A stretch of DNA of 64,000 nt, taken from the NCBI GenBank assembly GCA_016782605.1, contig JADHYE010000002.1, forward strand, positions 48,067 to 112,066, read 5' to 3'. A program made the position numbers and the translations under genes. A model generated the notes under the pieces. It worked only from the letters and a program-made list of their open reading frames with translations. It did not search any database and was not told the DNA's origin. The first letter of the stretch is position 1. Every line of letters starts with the position of its first letter. Source of the stretch: Minisyncoccota bacterium (lineage in GTDB: Bacteria > Patescibacteriota > Minisyncoccia > Minisyncoccales > RBG-13-42-11). Shown piece after piece: positions 35,507 through 43,232 of the stretch.

Positions 35507-36153
35507 CTTTTTCTCTTTTTATGGAATCTTTTTTCCAAAACTTCTATAAATTCCAATAAAACATCATCGTCAAAAAATTCTCTTGCCCACAACCACCAAG
35601 GAGCCAAGGGAGGATTTTTGTACTTTTCCCAGTATTCATAAGCCTGTAAAAAGTTTTCCATTCTGTCTGCCTGATGGAAAAATCTTCCTTCCGGAGTCAA
35701 TTTTTTTTCGTAATCCAACCAGATATTCCTTATCTCGTTTTTCAAATCGGCTGGCAATTTTGCGATAAGTTTTTCCAATCCTTTTTTCTCTCTCTTATAT
35801 TTGCCAGCAGCAATCTTTTCCTTTTCAGCATCTGAGAATCTCGGCCAGGTTTTCATCAACTTTTTAAGCTGTTTTTTGTTCTTCGGCAAGATTGAGTCGT
35901 ATGGAGTTGTGTCTCCAGCATATATTTCGCACAAATCATGGACAAGAGCAATTTTTATAAGCTTTTCCATATTAATGCCCTTTTTCTTCCTGCCCAAAAT
36001 CCATCCTAATATGGCTGCGCGAAAAATATGCTCGGCAATGCTTTCCGGGTTTTTAATCTGGTTTATCACCCACCCTTTTCTATCTTTTCTCTTTAATTTG
36101 CCAACTTTAATTAAAAAATTGAGTACGTCTTTCATACTAATTAAATTTATCAT
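35503..36153 (-). CDS. HD domain phosphohydrolase (YfbR-like)
   Basis: ESIAEHIFR ... ALVHDLCEIYAGD HD motif. Confidence 0.8.
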   Translation of the reverse strand: MINLISMKDVLNFLIKVGKLKRKDRKGWVINQIKNPESIAEHIFRAAILGWILGRKKKGINMEKLIKIALVHDLCEIYAGDTTPYDSILPKNKKQLKKLMKTWPRFSDAEKEKIAAGKYKREKKGLEKLIAKLPADLKNEIRNIWLDYEKKLTPEGRFFHQADRMENFLQAYEYWEKYKNPPLAPWWLWAREFFDDDVLLEFIEVLEKRFHKKRKR

Positions 36154-36215
36154 ATTCCAGCTAAATAAAAAAGAGAGTCAAAACCCTCTCAAAACCAAAA
36201 TGAGACAAAATTCTA

Positions 36216-36692
36216 TCAGCTAATTCTGTATTTTATCTTCTTAATCTTGTAAGTTGTATGAATTGGAGAAGAAACAACAACCGCTTCTCCGGCCTTGTGC
36301 CCCAAAAGAGCTATGCCAACAGGTGATTCATTGGAAATTTTGCCGGTAGAAGGATTGGCTTCCAGAGATCCGACAAGAGTGAATTCATCAGTCTGCCCGC
36401 CAACTTCAACTGAAATGGTCGCTCCCAAATCAACAATATTTTGCTTTTCTTTGCGGGGAGATTTGATTAAAGTAGCGTTCTTAATAATGCTGTCTATCTC
36501 TAATATCCTCGACTCCAGAAAACTGACATCTTCCTGGAAAACAAGATATTCGGGATTCAAATCTTCGGACTGCAAAACCTTAGGAGATTCTCCTCTGGTT
36601 TTAGCAAGCTTAAGCTCTTTTAAGCTCTTGTATTCATTCTTTATCTTTTTCAGTCCTTCTTTGGTTAGATAAAACTTTTTTTCTTCTGGCAT
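36216..36692 (-). CDS. greA: transcription elongation factor GreA
   Basis: 158 aa. LTKEGLKKIKNEYKSLKE coiled-coil, then a C-terminal FKBP-like domain (ISNESPVGIALLGHKAGE). Confidence 0.9.
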   Translation of the reverse strand: MPEEKKFYLTKEGLKKIKNEYKSLKELKLAKTRGESPKVLQSEDLNPEYLVFQEDVSFLESRILEIDSIIKNATLIKSPRKEKQNIVDLGATISVEVGGQTDEFTLVGSLEANPSTGKISNESPVGIALLGHKAGEAVVVSSPIHTTYKIKKIKYRIS

Positions 36693-36780
36693 CGAAGTAA
36701 ATAATTAATTGTTTACGAGATGAGAGATGAATTTTAATTCATCGAACATCGAAATAAATTAATTCATTGAACATGTTTTT

Positions 36781-36805
36781 AAAAACCCCTCTTGGTTGAG
36801 AGGGG
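36781..36805 (-). terminator. terminator-like hairpin inside the greA leader
   Basis: Minus strand CCCCUCU-CAACCA-AGAGGGG-UUUUU. An upstream GAGAGGGG (36845-36838) can pair with its 5' arm. Confidence 0.5.
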
Positions 36806-36962
36806 AGGTAGTTTTAAGTTAAGTTATTTACTAATAATCCCCTCTCAGCAGTTAATTTTTCCAAAGGCCAAAACAATGGTAGTAGAGACCTTTTTTAAAA
36901 TTGACCAAACTTTATAGGGATTATGTGTCATGATTTTTCTTTATCGAATACTATCTCTTTTA

Positions 36963-36990
36963 ATCATAGGAGATTCAGAATTCTTGTCAA
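36963..36990 (-). promoter_or_regulatory. sigma70-like promoter upstream of the greA leader
   Basis: Minus strand TTGACA (36990-36985), 16 nt, TATGAT (36968-36963). Confidence 0.5.
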
Positions 36991-37018
36991 CCCCTGGCCC
37001 CTGTCCTATATGTCCTAC

Positions 37019-39595
37019 TTAGAATAATGTTTTTTGCTTCAATAATTTCTTGCTTTCACCCTGATCAAAAATCCTGATCTTGCCGAAAACTCCGTCATAT
37101 CCTGGCTCTTTGTTTACCCTCCCCTCTCTTACTCTTAATATTCCTTCTGCAATCTCAGGCAAAGCAGCTGATTTCAGCCTTTCTGGCGAAGTATTGAGAA
37201 GAATCTCAAATTCAGAGCCGAATTCCTCAATCAGGCTTTGGTATGTTTTTTCTACTTGTTTGCTAGCTACGGTCATACCCAAGGTATCAGCAACAATTTC
37301 TACTAGGGGAACTAAACTTTTAAAAGGTATTGCATTTTCCGGCTCAAATCCTTCTTTTTTATCAGACAACGCATCAACCCTGTTTAAAACTCCGACGGTT
37401 AACGGCTTGCCGCAAACCGGACAGATACCGTTGTATTTTTTGGTTTCTGTGGGAGATAATCTGACCTCGCAGTTCCGGTGTCCGTCAAAATGATATTTGC
37501 CTTCTTCCGGAAAAAACTCAATAGTGTATAAAAACTTCTTTGGATCTTTGGTTTTAATCGCTTCGACAATTGATTGATAGCTTAACTCTGTATCAAAAAC
37601 ATTGGCTTCCCTGCCTATCTTCCTTGGACTATGCGCATCGCTGTTTGAGATAAGGGCTGTTTTTCGGCCGTCTGGCATACGCCAAAGCATGTCTGGAGAA
37701 GCGCTCAAACCTGTTTCCATTGCATAAATGTATTTTGATAAATCTTCAAAACATTCTTCAATTGAATCAAATCCTGATTTTGAACCGAAAATGGCGAACC
37801 ATGGGGTCATGCAATTATGAACCGCAGCAAACTCACTAAGATAAGAATTGTCTCCTTCAACTTCTAAATTATAAACTTTACCTTTATACTTTTTAACTTT
37901 AATGTCTAATACTGGTAAATAAATATTTTTCTTGTCTATCCAGCAATGCCTTCGTTCTAATTTATAATTGAATTTTTTGAATTCAAGAGTTTTTAGCAAT
38001 CCAAACAAATCTTCAAAAAATGATAATTGCCTAAATATAAATGAAGAATGTTGGGCTTTAATAATCCTATTTTCCTTTTTATATAAATGAGCATATTTTT
38101 TATTAAATACTTCTTTGGTTTGTTCATAAATAGAAGGAATAATTCCTAGTCGAAGCAGAATAATCTTCATTTGATTCATGAGTTCCCTAGAAGAAGTAAC
38201 GCCACCATCGCCTCGCCACCATCCCCTAAAAACCTCTACTTGTTTTTCCAATGGTAAATTTAACATCCAAGAAGGCAAACACTTGGTATAAGCTTTTCTA
38301 AACTCAGTACTATTATAAAAAATCTGGCTAAAAACTTTTGCTAAAATTTTTGAGAAATAGATAATTTCCACAGCATTTACATCTTTCCTTCTATACAAAC
38401 GAGGTGAAGAAAGGCCAAAAACTTTCTTCATCAATAATTTTACATCCTTAATATATTTATTCTCATTATAATGAAAACAAAACGAAACCGAATCTCTATT
38501 ATCTGCATAACCCTCCGAAAGATAATATCCTACTAATCTACAAAATTCTTTATCTATCTTTATTACATTGTTTAATTTCTTGTCAACTCTTCCTTTAGTA
38601 CAACTTATTTTATCTTGATAAACTTTAAATAATTTTCCAGAAAGATAACTATTAAGTTTAATCTCTTCTATGTTTTTTGTAATATTATTGAACCTTGGAA
38701 AAATAAGGATATCGCCCTTTTTTACTTCTTTCGCTTGGACCCATTGCGGTTTATATTCTTTAAAATAGGGATGTTTGCACCCTCTACTTTTGTGATAAGA
38801 ACAATTTGGCTTACAGATAGTATGTGAACAATTTTTACAGTCCTTATAACTTTTAATTATATAGAATGGATGCTCTTTCGTTGTTTTCAGGCCAATTCTA
38901 AAATTATACGGTCTTATATTATAAACTGGTCCCTTATAAGGTCTAGTATAGATTTGTTTAACTTTCTTCAATCTTCCTTGGTGAGTATAAACTTTATCAC
39001 CAACAGAAATATCTTTTATCGGTTTAACCCCAAGATTGCTATGTAAAAAAGTATCAGGCGGTAAACAATGAGCAGGTATAACTAAGCAGTCTTCTGAAGC
39101 GCTTAAAACAATCTTTGCCAATTCTTTGGCATCCAGTCCCAGAATCGGCCTGCCGTCTGATTTTAAATTGCCGATCCAGCCCAACTGAACGTTAATCTTT
39201 TCTACTGCCTCAAAAGAAGGAGCTAAGATCAAAATATGAATTTTCCTGACTCTGTTGTTAGTCAAAGAGGATAAATCCTCTTTTTCACCCTTCGCTGCGG
39301 CTCGGGTTTTAGAATAAATGCAGCTTATTTCATTGGTCAGGATAAAACGCGTACCGTTATCCTGTTTTTTCATTTTAAAAAGCCCGAGTTCTGCGGGCTC
39401 TAATTTATCTTTTAAAGATTTAAACCACTCCGGATGGCTGAAGTCGCCAGTCCCTAAAACCTTAATGCCCTTGATCTTCGCCCACTTATCAAGATTTTCC
39501 AAATCCATGTCCCTAGAAGTGGCTCTCGAATATTTGCTGTGAATGTGAAAATCCGCTATGAACTTCATCCCAATAAAGCTGCCCAAAATAGGCAT
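37019..39595 (-). CDS. EndoQ-like PHP-domain endonuclease interrupted by an intein
   Basis: Exteins: FIADFHIHSKYSRATS, LGTGDFSHPEWF, VIPAH|CMTPWFAIFGSKSGFDS, and C-terminal zinc finger CPVCGKPLTVGVLNRV. Extein total is 440 aa. Confidence 0.8.
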   Translation of the reverse strand: MPILGSFIGMKFIADFHIHSKYSRATSRDMDLENLDKWAKIKGIKVLGTGDFSHPEWFKSLKDKLEPAELGLFKMKKQDNGTRFILTNEISCIYSKTRAAAKGEKEDLSSLTNNRVRKIHILILAPSFEAVEKINVQLGWIGNLKSDGRPILGLDAKELAKIVLSASEDCLVIPAHCLPPDTFLHSNLGVKPIKDISVGDKVYTHQGRLKKVKQIYTRPYKGPVYNIRPYNFRIGLKTTKEHPFYIIKSYKDCKNCSHTICKPNCSYHKSRGCKHPYFKEYKPQWVQAKEVKKGDILIFPRFNNITKNIEEIKLNSYLSGKLFKVYQDKISCTKGRVDKKLNNVIKIDKEFCRLVGYYLSEGYADNRDSVSFCFHYNENKYIKDVKLLMKKVFGLSSPRLYRRKDVNAVEIIYFSKILAKVFSQIFYNSTEFRKAYTKCLPSWMLNLPLEKQVEVFRGWWRGDGGVTSSRELMNQMKIILLRLGIIPSIYEQTKEVFNKKYAHLYKKENRIIKAQHSSFIFRQLSFFEDLFGLLKTLEFKKFNYKLERRHCWIDKKNIYLPVLDIKVKKYKGKVYNLEVEGDNSYLSEFAAVHNCMTPWFAIFGSKSGFDSIEECFEDLSKYIYAMETGLSASPDMLWRMPDGRKTALISNSDAHSPRKIGREANVFDTELSYQSIVEAIKTKDPKKFLYTIEFFPEEGKYHFDGHRNCEVRLSPTETKKYNGICPVCGKPLTVGVLNRVDALSDKKEGFEPENAIPFKSLVPLVEIVADTLGMTVASKQVEKTYQSLIEEFGSEFEILLNTSPERLKSAALPEIAEGILRVREGRVNKEPGYDGVFGKIRIFDQGESKKLLKQKTLF
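37814..39067 (-). mobile_element. intein with a LAGLIDADG homing-endonuclease domain (418 aa, residues 177-594)
   Basis: Starts with Cys (AH|CLPPDTF) and ends VHN|C. Contains LVGYYLSEGYADN and FRGWWRGDGG dodecapeptide motifs. Boundaries checked codon by codon. Confidence 0.8.
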
Positions 39596-39635
39596 CCGAA
39601 AACTAGACGGAAAAATAGCTTCCAGTATGTTTTAT

Positions 39636-39899
39636 CTATAGCCTGAAAACCTTGTATCCTTCGTGGACTCTCTGAGGAACCTTAATTCCCACAGAATTGC
39701 CTCTGCTGGCTTCCCTGACTTTCTGGTGGTCCACTTCCATGGAATCGACCTTATGTTCAAAATCAGTGTCTCCGCCGACTATCCTGATAGTGTCTCCTAT
39801 CCTTAATCTGTCTGAAACCTCAATCACCGCTACTCCGATGTGGCCGAAAAAGTGGGTAATTCTGCCTATTAATTTTCCTTCTCTTTTTTCGTCTGCCAT
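39636..39899 (-). CDS. small translation-factor-like beta-barrel domain protein
   Basis: 87 aa. The IGRITHFFGHIGVAVIEV..LRIGDTIRIVG pattern recalls EF-Tu domain-2-like small proteins. Confidence 0.55.
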   Translation of the reverse strand: MADEKREGKLIGRITHFFGHIGVAVIEVSDRLRIGDTIRIVGGDTDFEHKVDSMEVDHQKVREASRGNSVGIKVPQRVHEGYKVFRL

Positions 39900-39938
39900 A
39901 TTTTTAAAATGTATTTATATATATGCGACCTTTAAAAG

Positions 39939-40505
39939 CTATTTAGCTTTGTATTTTGGATTTGATTTTTTCTCTCTTTTTATCAAGGCAATGACTTCTT
40001 CAACCAGTTTCTTAGGATCTTCATCATAAACAATCTTTGCCACTTTTCGGTGGGGACCGGTAATAATTGACCTTATCTTATCAGCTGTTCCGCCTGTTCC
40101 CTCTAAAATGCCTATCGGCTTTTGGATTTCAAAAGCAGTGGTAAATTCGTGCAACGTGCCCATTCTGCCGCAGATGATGATTACTGCATCTGCTGACTTT
40201 GTCATAAGAGTGTCTCTGCCCACGTAATCTGCTCCGGTGTAGATCATAACGTCAAAAGGCTCTAAAGGCAGCTTGTAGGTTTTCAAATGGGCGGCTTCTG
40301 AAGTGGCCGGCGAAAAGCCAACGTTAAACCCGCCAGCTTTCTTGCAACCCAAAGCAGCAAAGTAAGGAACACCGGTAGTGGCTCCGGTAACAAGTACGCA
40401 CTTTTTTTTGGCGATTTCCCGGCCAACCTCTTCAGACACTTTTCTAATATTTCTGCAGCAATGGCTGGTTCTGGCCGCGCCCGAAACAACGATTTTGTAA
40501 TTCAT
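39939..40505 (-). CDS. LOG/TIGR00725-family Rossmann protein
   Basis: 188 aa with VVSGAAR..VLVTGATTGVPYFAALG and GGTADKI. Confidence 0.7.
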   Translation of the reverse strand: MNYKIVVSGAARTSHCCRNIRKVSEEVGREIAKKKCVLVTGATTGVPYFAALGCKKAGGFNVGFSPATSEAAHLKTYKLPLEPFDVMIYTGADYVGRDTLMTKSADAVIIICGRMGTLHEFTTAFEIQKPIGILEGTGGTADKIRSIITGPHRKVAKIVYDEDPKKLVEEVIALIKREKKSNPKYKAK

Positions 40506-40581
40506 ACCCGGTTAGTAGAAATTCGACTAAACTTTGTTTATTATCACTGCTCCGGCAGTGATCGAATTTTCACTACCGGGC
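40506..40581 (-). repeat. B-family structured element B2 (abuts the ATG of the LOG-family gene)
   Basis: Its reverse complement aligns with B1: gcccggtagtgaaaattcgat / cactgccggagcagtg / A-rich linker / gtcgaatttctactaaccgggt, then ATG 40505. Confidence 0.8.
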
Positions 40582-40645
40582 ATAAGCTATTCTTATTTTA
40601 ACACAACTCTTTAAATTAAAAAATCCCACACAAGCCGGATTCTTT

Positions 40646-40726
40646 ACCCCGTTAGAGAATTAGATGTCAAATAATTTATCATTGGTTATTTTAAACTAAA
40701 ACCCGCCAGAGGTTCTCTAACGGGGT
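40646..40726. repeat. A-family long-stem element A5
   Basis: accccgttagagaa (40646-40659) pairs with ttctctaacggggt (40713-40726). Confidence 0.8.
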
Positions 40727-40923
40727 TTAATAAGGGGGAATAGCTCTTGGCGAACTTGATTATTTACCCGAGTCTAAATGGACATTGTTAGGCAGCTGCT
40801 GTTATCTCCTTCATCAAAAACTATTTGTCCTTTTGGGCAAAAAACCCGCACCCCCTCACTTTTAATTTTAATTGAGTGGTGTTTTTTGTCAAGATTTTGT
40901 TGATTTGCTCGTCTGGGGCTATG

Positions 40924-40939
40924 GGACGATGTTAGAACC
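40924..40939. repeat. R-family core (ggacgatgttagaacc)
   Basis: Same 16-mer as in the 2.7-4.8 kb region. Confidence 0.6.
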
Positions 40940-41012
40940 TATTGGCAAAATAAAAAAGGCCGCTGGGCAAACCATACGGCTCTTTTTGATTTTCTGTATC
41001 GCGCAAGCGTAT

Positions 41013-41195
41013 TCAATTATTGCTGTTACACCTACACGGCAATACATTCAACGATGGCATGATGCCATAAGCTTCTGGGTTTAGCGTGCCGTGACATTTA
41101 GAGCAGAATTTTGCTCCGCAACTGTTACATTCATGGTCATCAACCTCGCCGGTACGACAAACAGGACAACTTCCTTCACAACCACAATCTGACAT
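41013..41195 (-). CDS. Cys-rich mini-protein (60 aa, 10 Cys)
   Basis: CGCEGSCPVC..CNSC..CSKC. Strong SD AAGGAGGG. Downstream hairpin plus T-run near 40958-40995. Confidence 0.6.
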   Translation of the reverse strand: MSDCGCEGSCPVCRTGEVDDHECNSCGAKFCSKCHGTLNPEAYGIMPSLNVLPCRCNSNN

Positions 41196-41214
41196 AATAC
41201 CCTCCTTTTAGGTC

Positions 41215-41445
41215 TTAGGAAAAATCTTCACCGCCACACTCTTTACACCCTGGTCCGTCCAATGCTGTACGTGAACCGCAAAAAGGACAAAATGCATTCC
41301 ATAATGGTCCGCCCTCAAATAATAAACTATCTCCAGGAATTGGCACTCCCTGAAAGCAATGAGGCCCATTATGTTCCTTTTTGAGAACGCACAACTTTTC
41401 TCCACTTGCAAGACCGCATCTCTCAATATTTGTCGAAACTGCCAT
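41215..41445 (-). CDS. Cys-rich Zn-ribbon mini-protein (76 aa)
   Basis: CPFCGS...CKECGG. Strong SD GGGAGGT at 8-nt spacing. Confidence 0.6.
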   Translation of the reverse strand: MAVSTNIERCGLASGEKLCVLKKEHNGPHCFQGVPIPGDSLLFEGGPLWNAFCPFCGSRTALDGPGCKECGGEDFS

Positions 41446-41520
41446 AACTTATTACCTCCCTAACAAAGTGTACTATATTCCAAAATTATCAAATTCCATA
41501 AAAAAATCAAGTCCTCTTTC

Positions 41521-41583
41521 AAAAAACCGCCCTCTGTGCGAAGCGGCGGATATCGACTCGTTCTAGCGGATAATTTTAGAACC
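41521..41583. repeat. R-family element (terminator hairpin plus ctagcggataattttagaacc)
   Basis: Begins 3 nt after the methyltransferase stop (minus sense). ccgcc...ggcgg hairpin with A/T-run flanks. Confidence 0.65.
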
Positions 41584-41586
41584 AAA

Positions 41587-42276
41587 CTACTTCTCCGCAA
41601 TTAAAAAGTGGTGATAAGTAGGGTATTTTAACGTATCTATTCCGTATATCTTTTTTATCTGTTTTACTTCTTCTTTTGTTTTATTAATAACTTTTTTAAC
41701 TTTATATTTTTTAAATTCTACCTCCTTCATTATTTTATTTATAGTTTCTTTAGTATGAAAACATTGCCATTGGCCAGAATCAAAAACTCTAAATTCTTTC
41801 TTATCAAATCGAGGTTTCGTATTATAAATCTTCATTAATTCTATAACTGCTTCAAAAGAAGGTAAAAAAGCCACAAATCTGCCCTTAGGTTTCAATACTC
41901 TATATACCTCTTTAACTATTCTATAAACCTCTTTTCTTTTTTCGGGAAGAATTGAATTAACGGATACTACTGTATCAAAAGTACCCTTACTAAATGGAAG
42001 ATTTCTGCTATCAGCAAGTTTATATTCTAAATTCGGATGGGAAAATAAATGAACAGCTACTTCCAACATTTTTTTACTAAAATCTGTAGCTGTTACTTTA
42101 TTCTTTTGTCTTATCAACTCTCTATTCAAATAAGGCACTGAGCCTGTTCCTAAATTCAAAACCCTGCCTTTCTTTATTACTGCTAAGATTTGTTTTTTCC
42201 TTTGAGGTACTTTCGTCAACGAAAGTACCTCTTCTTCATACTTATTGGCGAATTTGTCCCAAATTTTTTTTGACAT
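41587..42276 (-). CDS. class I SAM-dependent methyltransferase
   Basis: VLNLGTGSV (motif I) and PFSKGTFDTVVS. Confidence 0.8.
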   Translation of the reverse strand: MSKKIWDKFANKYEEEVLSLTKVPQRKKQILAVIKKGRVLNLGTGSVPYLNRELIRQKNKVTATDFSKKMLEVAVHLFSHPNLEYKLADSRNLPFSKGTFDTVVSVNSILPEKRKEVYRIVKEVYRVLKPKGRFVAFLPSFEAVIELMKIYNTKPRFDKKEFRVFDSGQWQCFHTKETINKIMKEVEFKKYKVKKVINKTKEEVKQIKKIYGIDTLKYPTYHHFLIAEK

Positions 42277-42310
42277 AGATAAAAATTAATACCTTTTTAT
42301 TATTTTACCA

Positions 42311-42338
42311 AAAAACCGCCTGACTGGCGATTTTATTT
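42311..42338 (-). terminator. terminator after the tRNA locus
   Basis: Minus strand CGCC-AGUCA-GGCG followed by GUUUUUUGG. Confidence 0.55.
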
Positions 42339-42339
42339 G

Positions 42340-42519
42340 TGCCCCCAGCAGGAATTTCACCCCGCACCTTTTTAATGTGTCCCCACTCCGATTCGAACGG
42401 AGATTATAACCTCCGGAGGATTATGCTTTATCCATTAAGCTATGGGGACATAAAGGTGCGGGGCAGGCCTGCATTTTAAGTTCCGGAAACTCATGTTCTA
42501 TCCATTAAACTATAGGGGC
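42340..42519 (-). tRNA. interrupted tRNA-Arg(CCG)-like gene (5' 52 nt + 108-nt insert + 3' 20 nt), possibly a pseudogene
   Basis: 42519-42468: GCCCCTA-TA-GTTT-AATGGATA-GAAC-A-TGAGT-TTCCGGA-ACTTA-AAAT-GCAGG. 42359-42340: TGAAATT-CCTGC-TGGGGGC-A. Acceptor pairs 7/7 and T-stem 5/5, but the T-loop is non-canonical. Confidence 0.65.
42378..42449 (-). tRNA. tRNA-Arg (anticodon CCG), canonical 72 nt, nested inside another tRNA gene
   Basis: GTCCCCA-TA-GCTT-AATGGATA-AAGC-A-TAATC-CTCCGGA-GGTTA-TAAT-CTCCG-TTCGAAT-CGGAG-TGGGGAC-A. All stems pair. CCA is not encoded. Confidence 0.9.
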
Positions 42520-43232
42520 TTTTTAGTGATTATATAAATATTACCCTCTTTAGATTTTTTATTTCTAAAACCGCCTATTTTCTTTGTTTTTAAACCCGAC
42601 TGTTCAGCTAATTCTTTTAGTTCGCTTTTCGTAAAAAAGTGAACGTAGCGCAAGAGAATATTGCGCCAAGGAATGAAAAAATCTTTAAAATCGAGCTTTG
42701 ATTTTCCTAAAATTTTTAAGACAAAACATTTTAAAAAATTTAAAAATCTTTTGTACCGACCGGTTAGAATCATATCAATCGGATTTAAGTTCCAAACAGT
42801 TAAAATTAACGTTCCTTTGGGCTTCATGATTCTTTTTATCTCTTCTAAAAATTTGAGGCGCAATTCTTTAGATGGAATATGATGCAATACGGCAATACAT
42901 AAAACTCTATCGAAAAGATTATCCGGAAATGGTAAATTAAAAGCAGACGAAACTAGAAAATTACCGTTAGGATACTTGTTTTTCGCAATTTCAATTAATC
43001 TTTCTGAAAAATCTATTCCAGTATAGTCAACTTTTTTGTCGTTAAATATTTCAAAAAATCTCCCATTTCCACAACCTAGATCTAAAACTTTATCTCCGAC
43101 AAAAATGTGTCGCAAGAACCATTCTTTCTCTTTAAGAGGAACGAAACTTCTAGTCTTTGACCAGTCCTCAGCAATCAAGTTATAATCTTCCTTAGTTTTA
43201 TTTAATAAATATTGAGCAAAATCTTTATCCAT
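42510..43232 (-). CDS. class I SAM-dependent methyltransferase, Trm9/Methyltransf_11-like
   Basis: YNLIAEDWSKTRSF..W, LDLGCGNGRF, LCIAVLHHIP. Its last 10 nt overlap the 5' acceptor of the outer tRNA. Confidence 0.7.
   Translation of the reverse strand: MDKDFAQYLLNKTKEDYNLIAEDWSKTRSFVPLKEKEWFLRHIFVGDKVLDLGCGNGRFFEIFNDKKVDYTGIDFSERLIEIAKNKYPNGNFLVSSAFNLPFPDNLFDRVLCIAVLHHIPSKELRLKFLEEIKRIMKPKGTLILTVWNLNPIDMILTGRYKRFLNFLKCFVLKILGKSKLDFKDFFIPWRNILLRYVHFFTKSELKELAEQSGLKTKKIGGFRNKKSKEGNIYIITKKPL

Noticed and set aside
40872-41084. 70-aa plus-strand ORF
   Set aside because: It overlaps an R-family core, a terminator and the 3' end of the convergent Cys-rich ORF. It has no SD or promoter and a hydrophobic low-complexity sequence.
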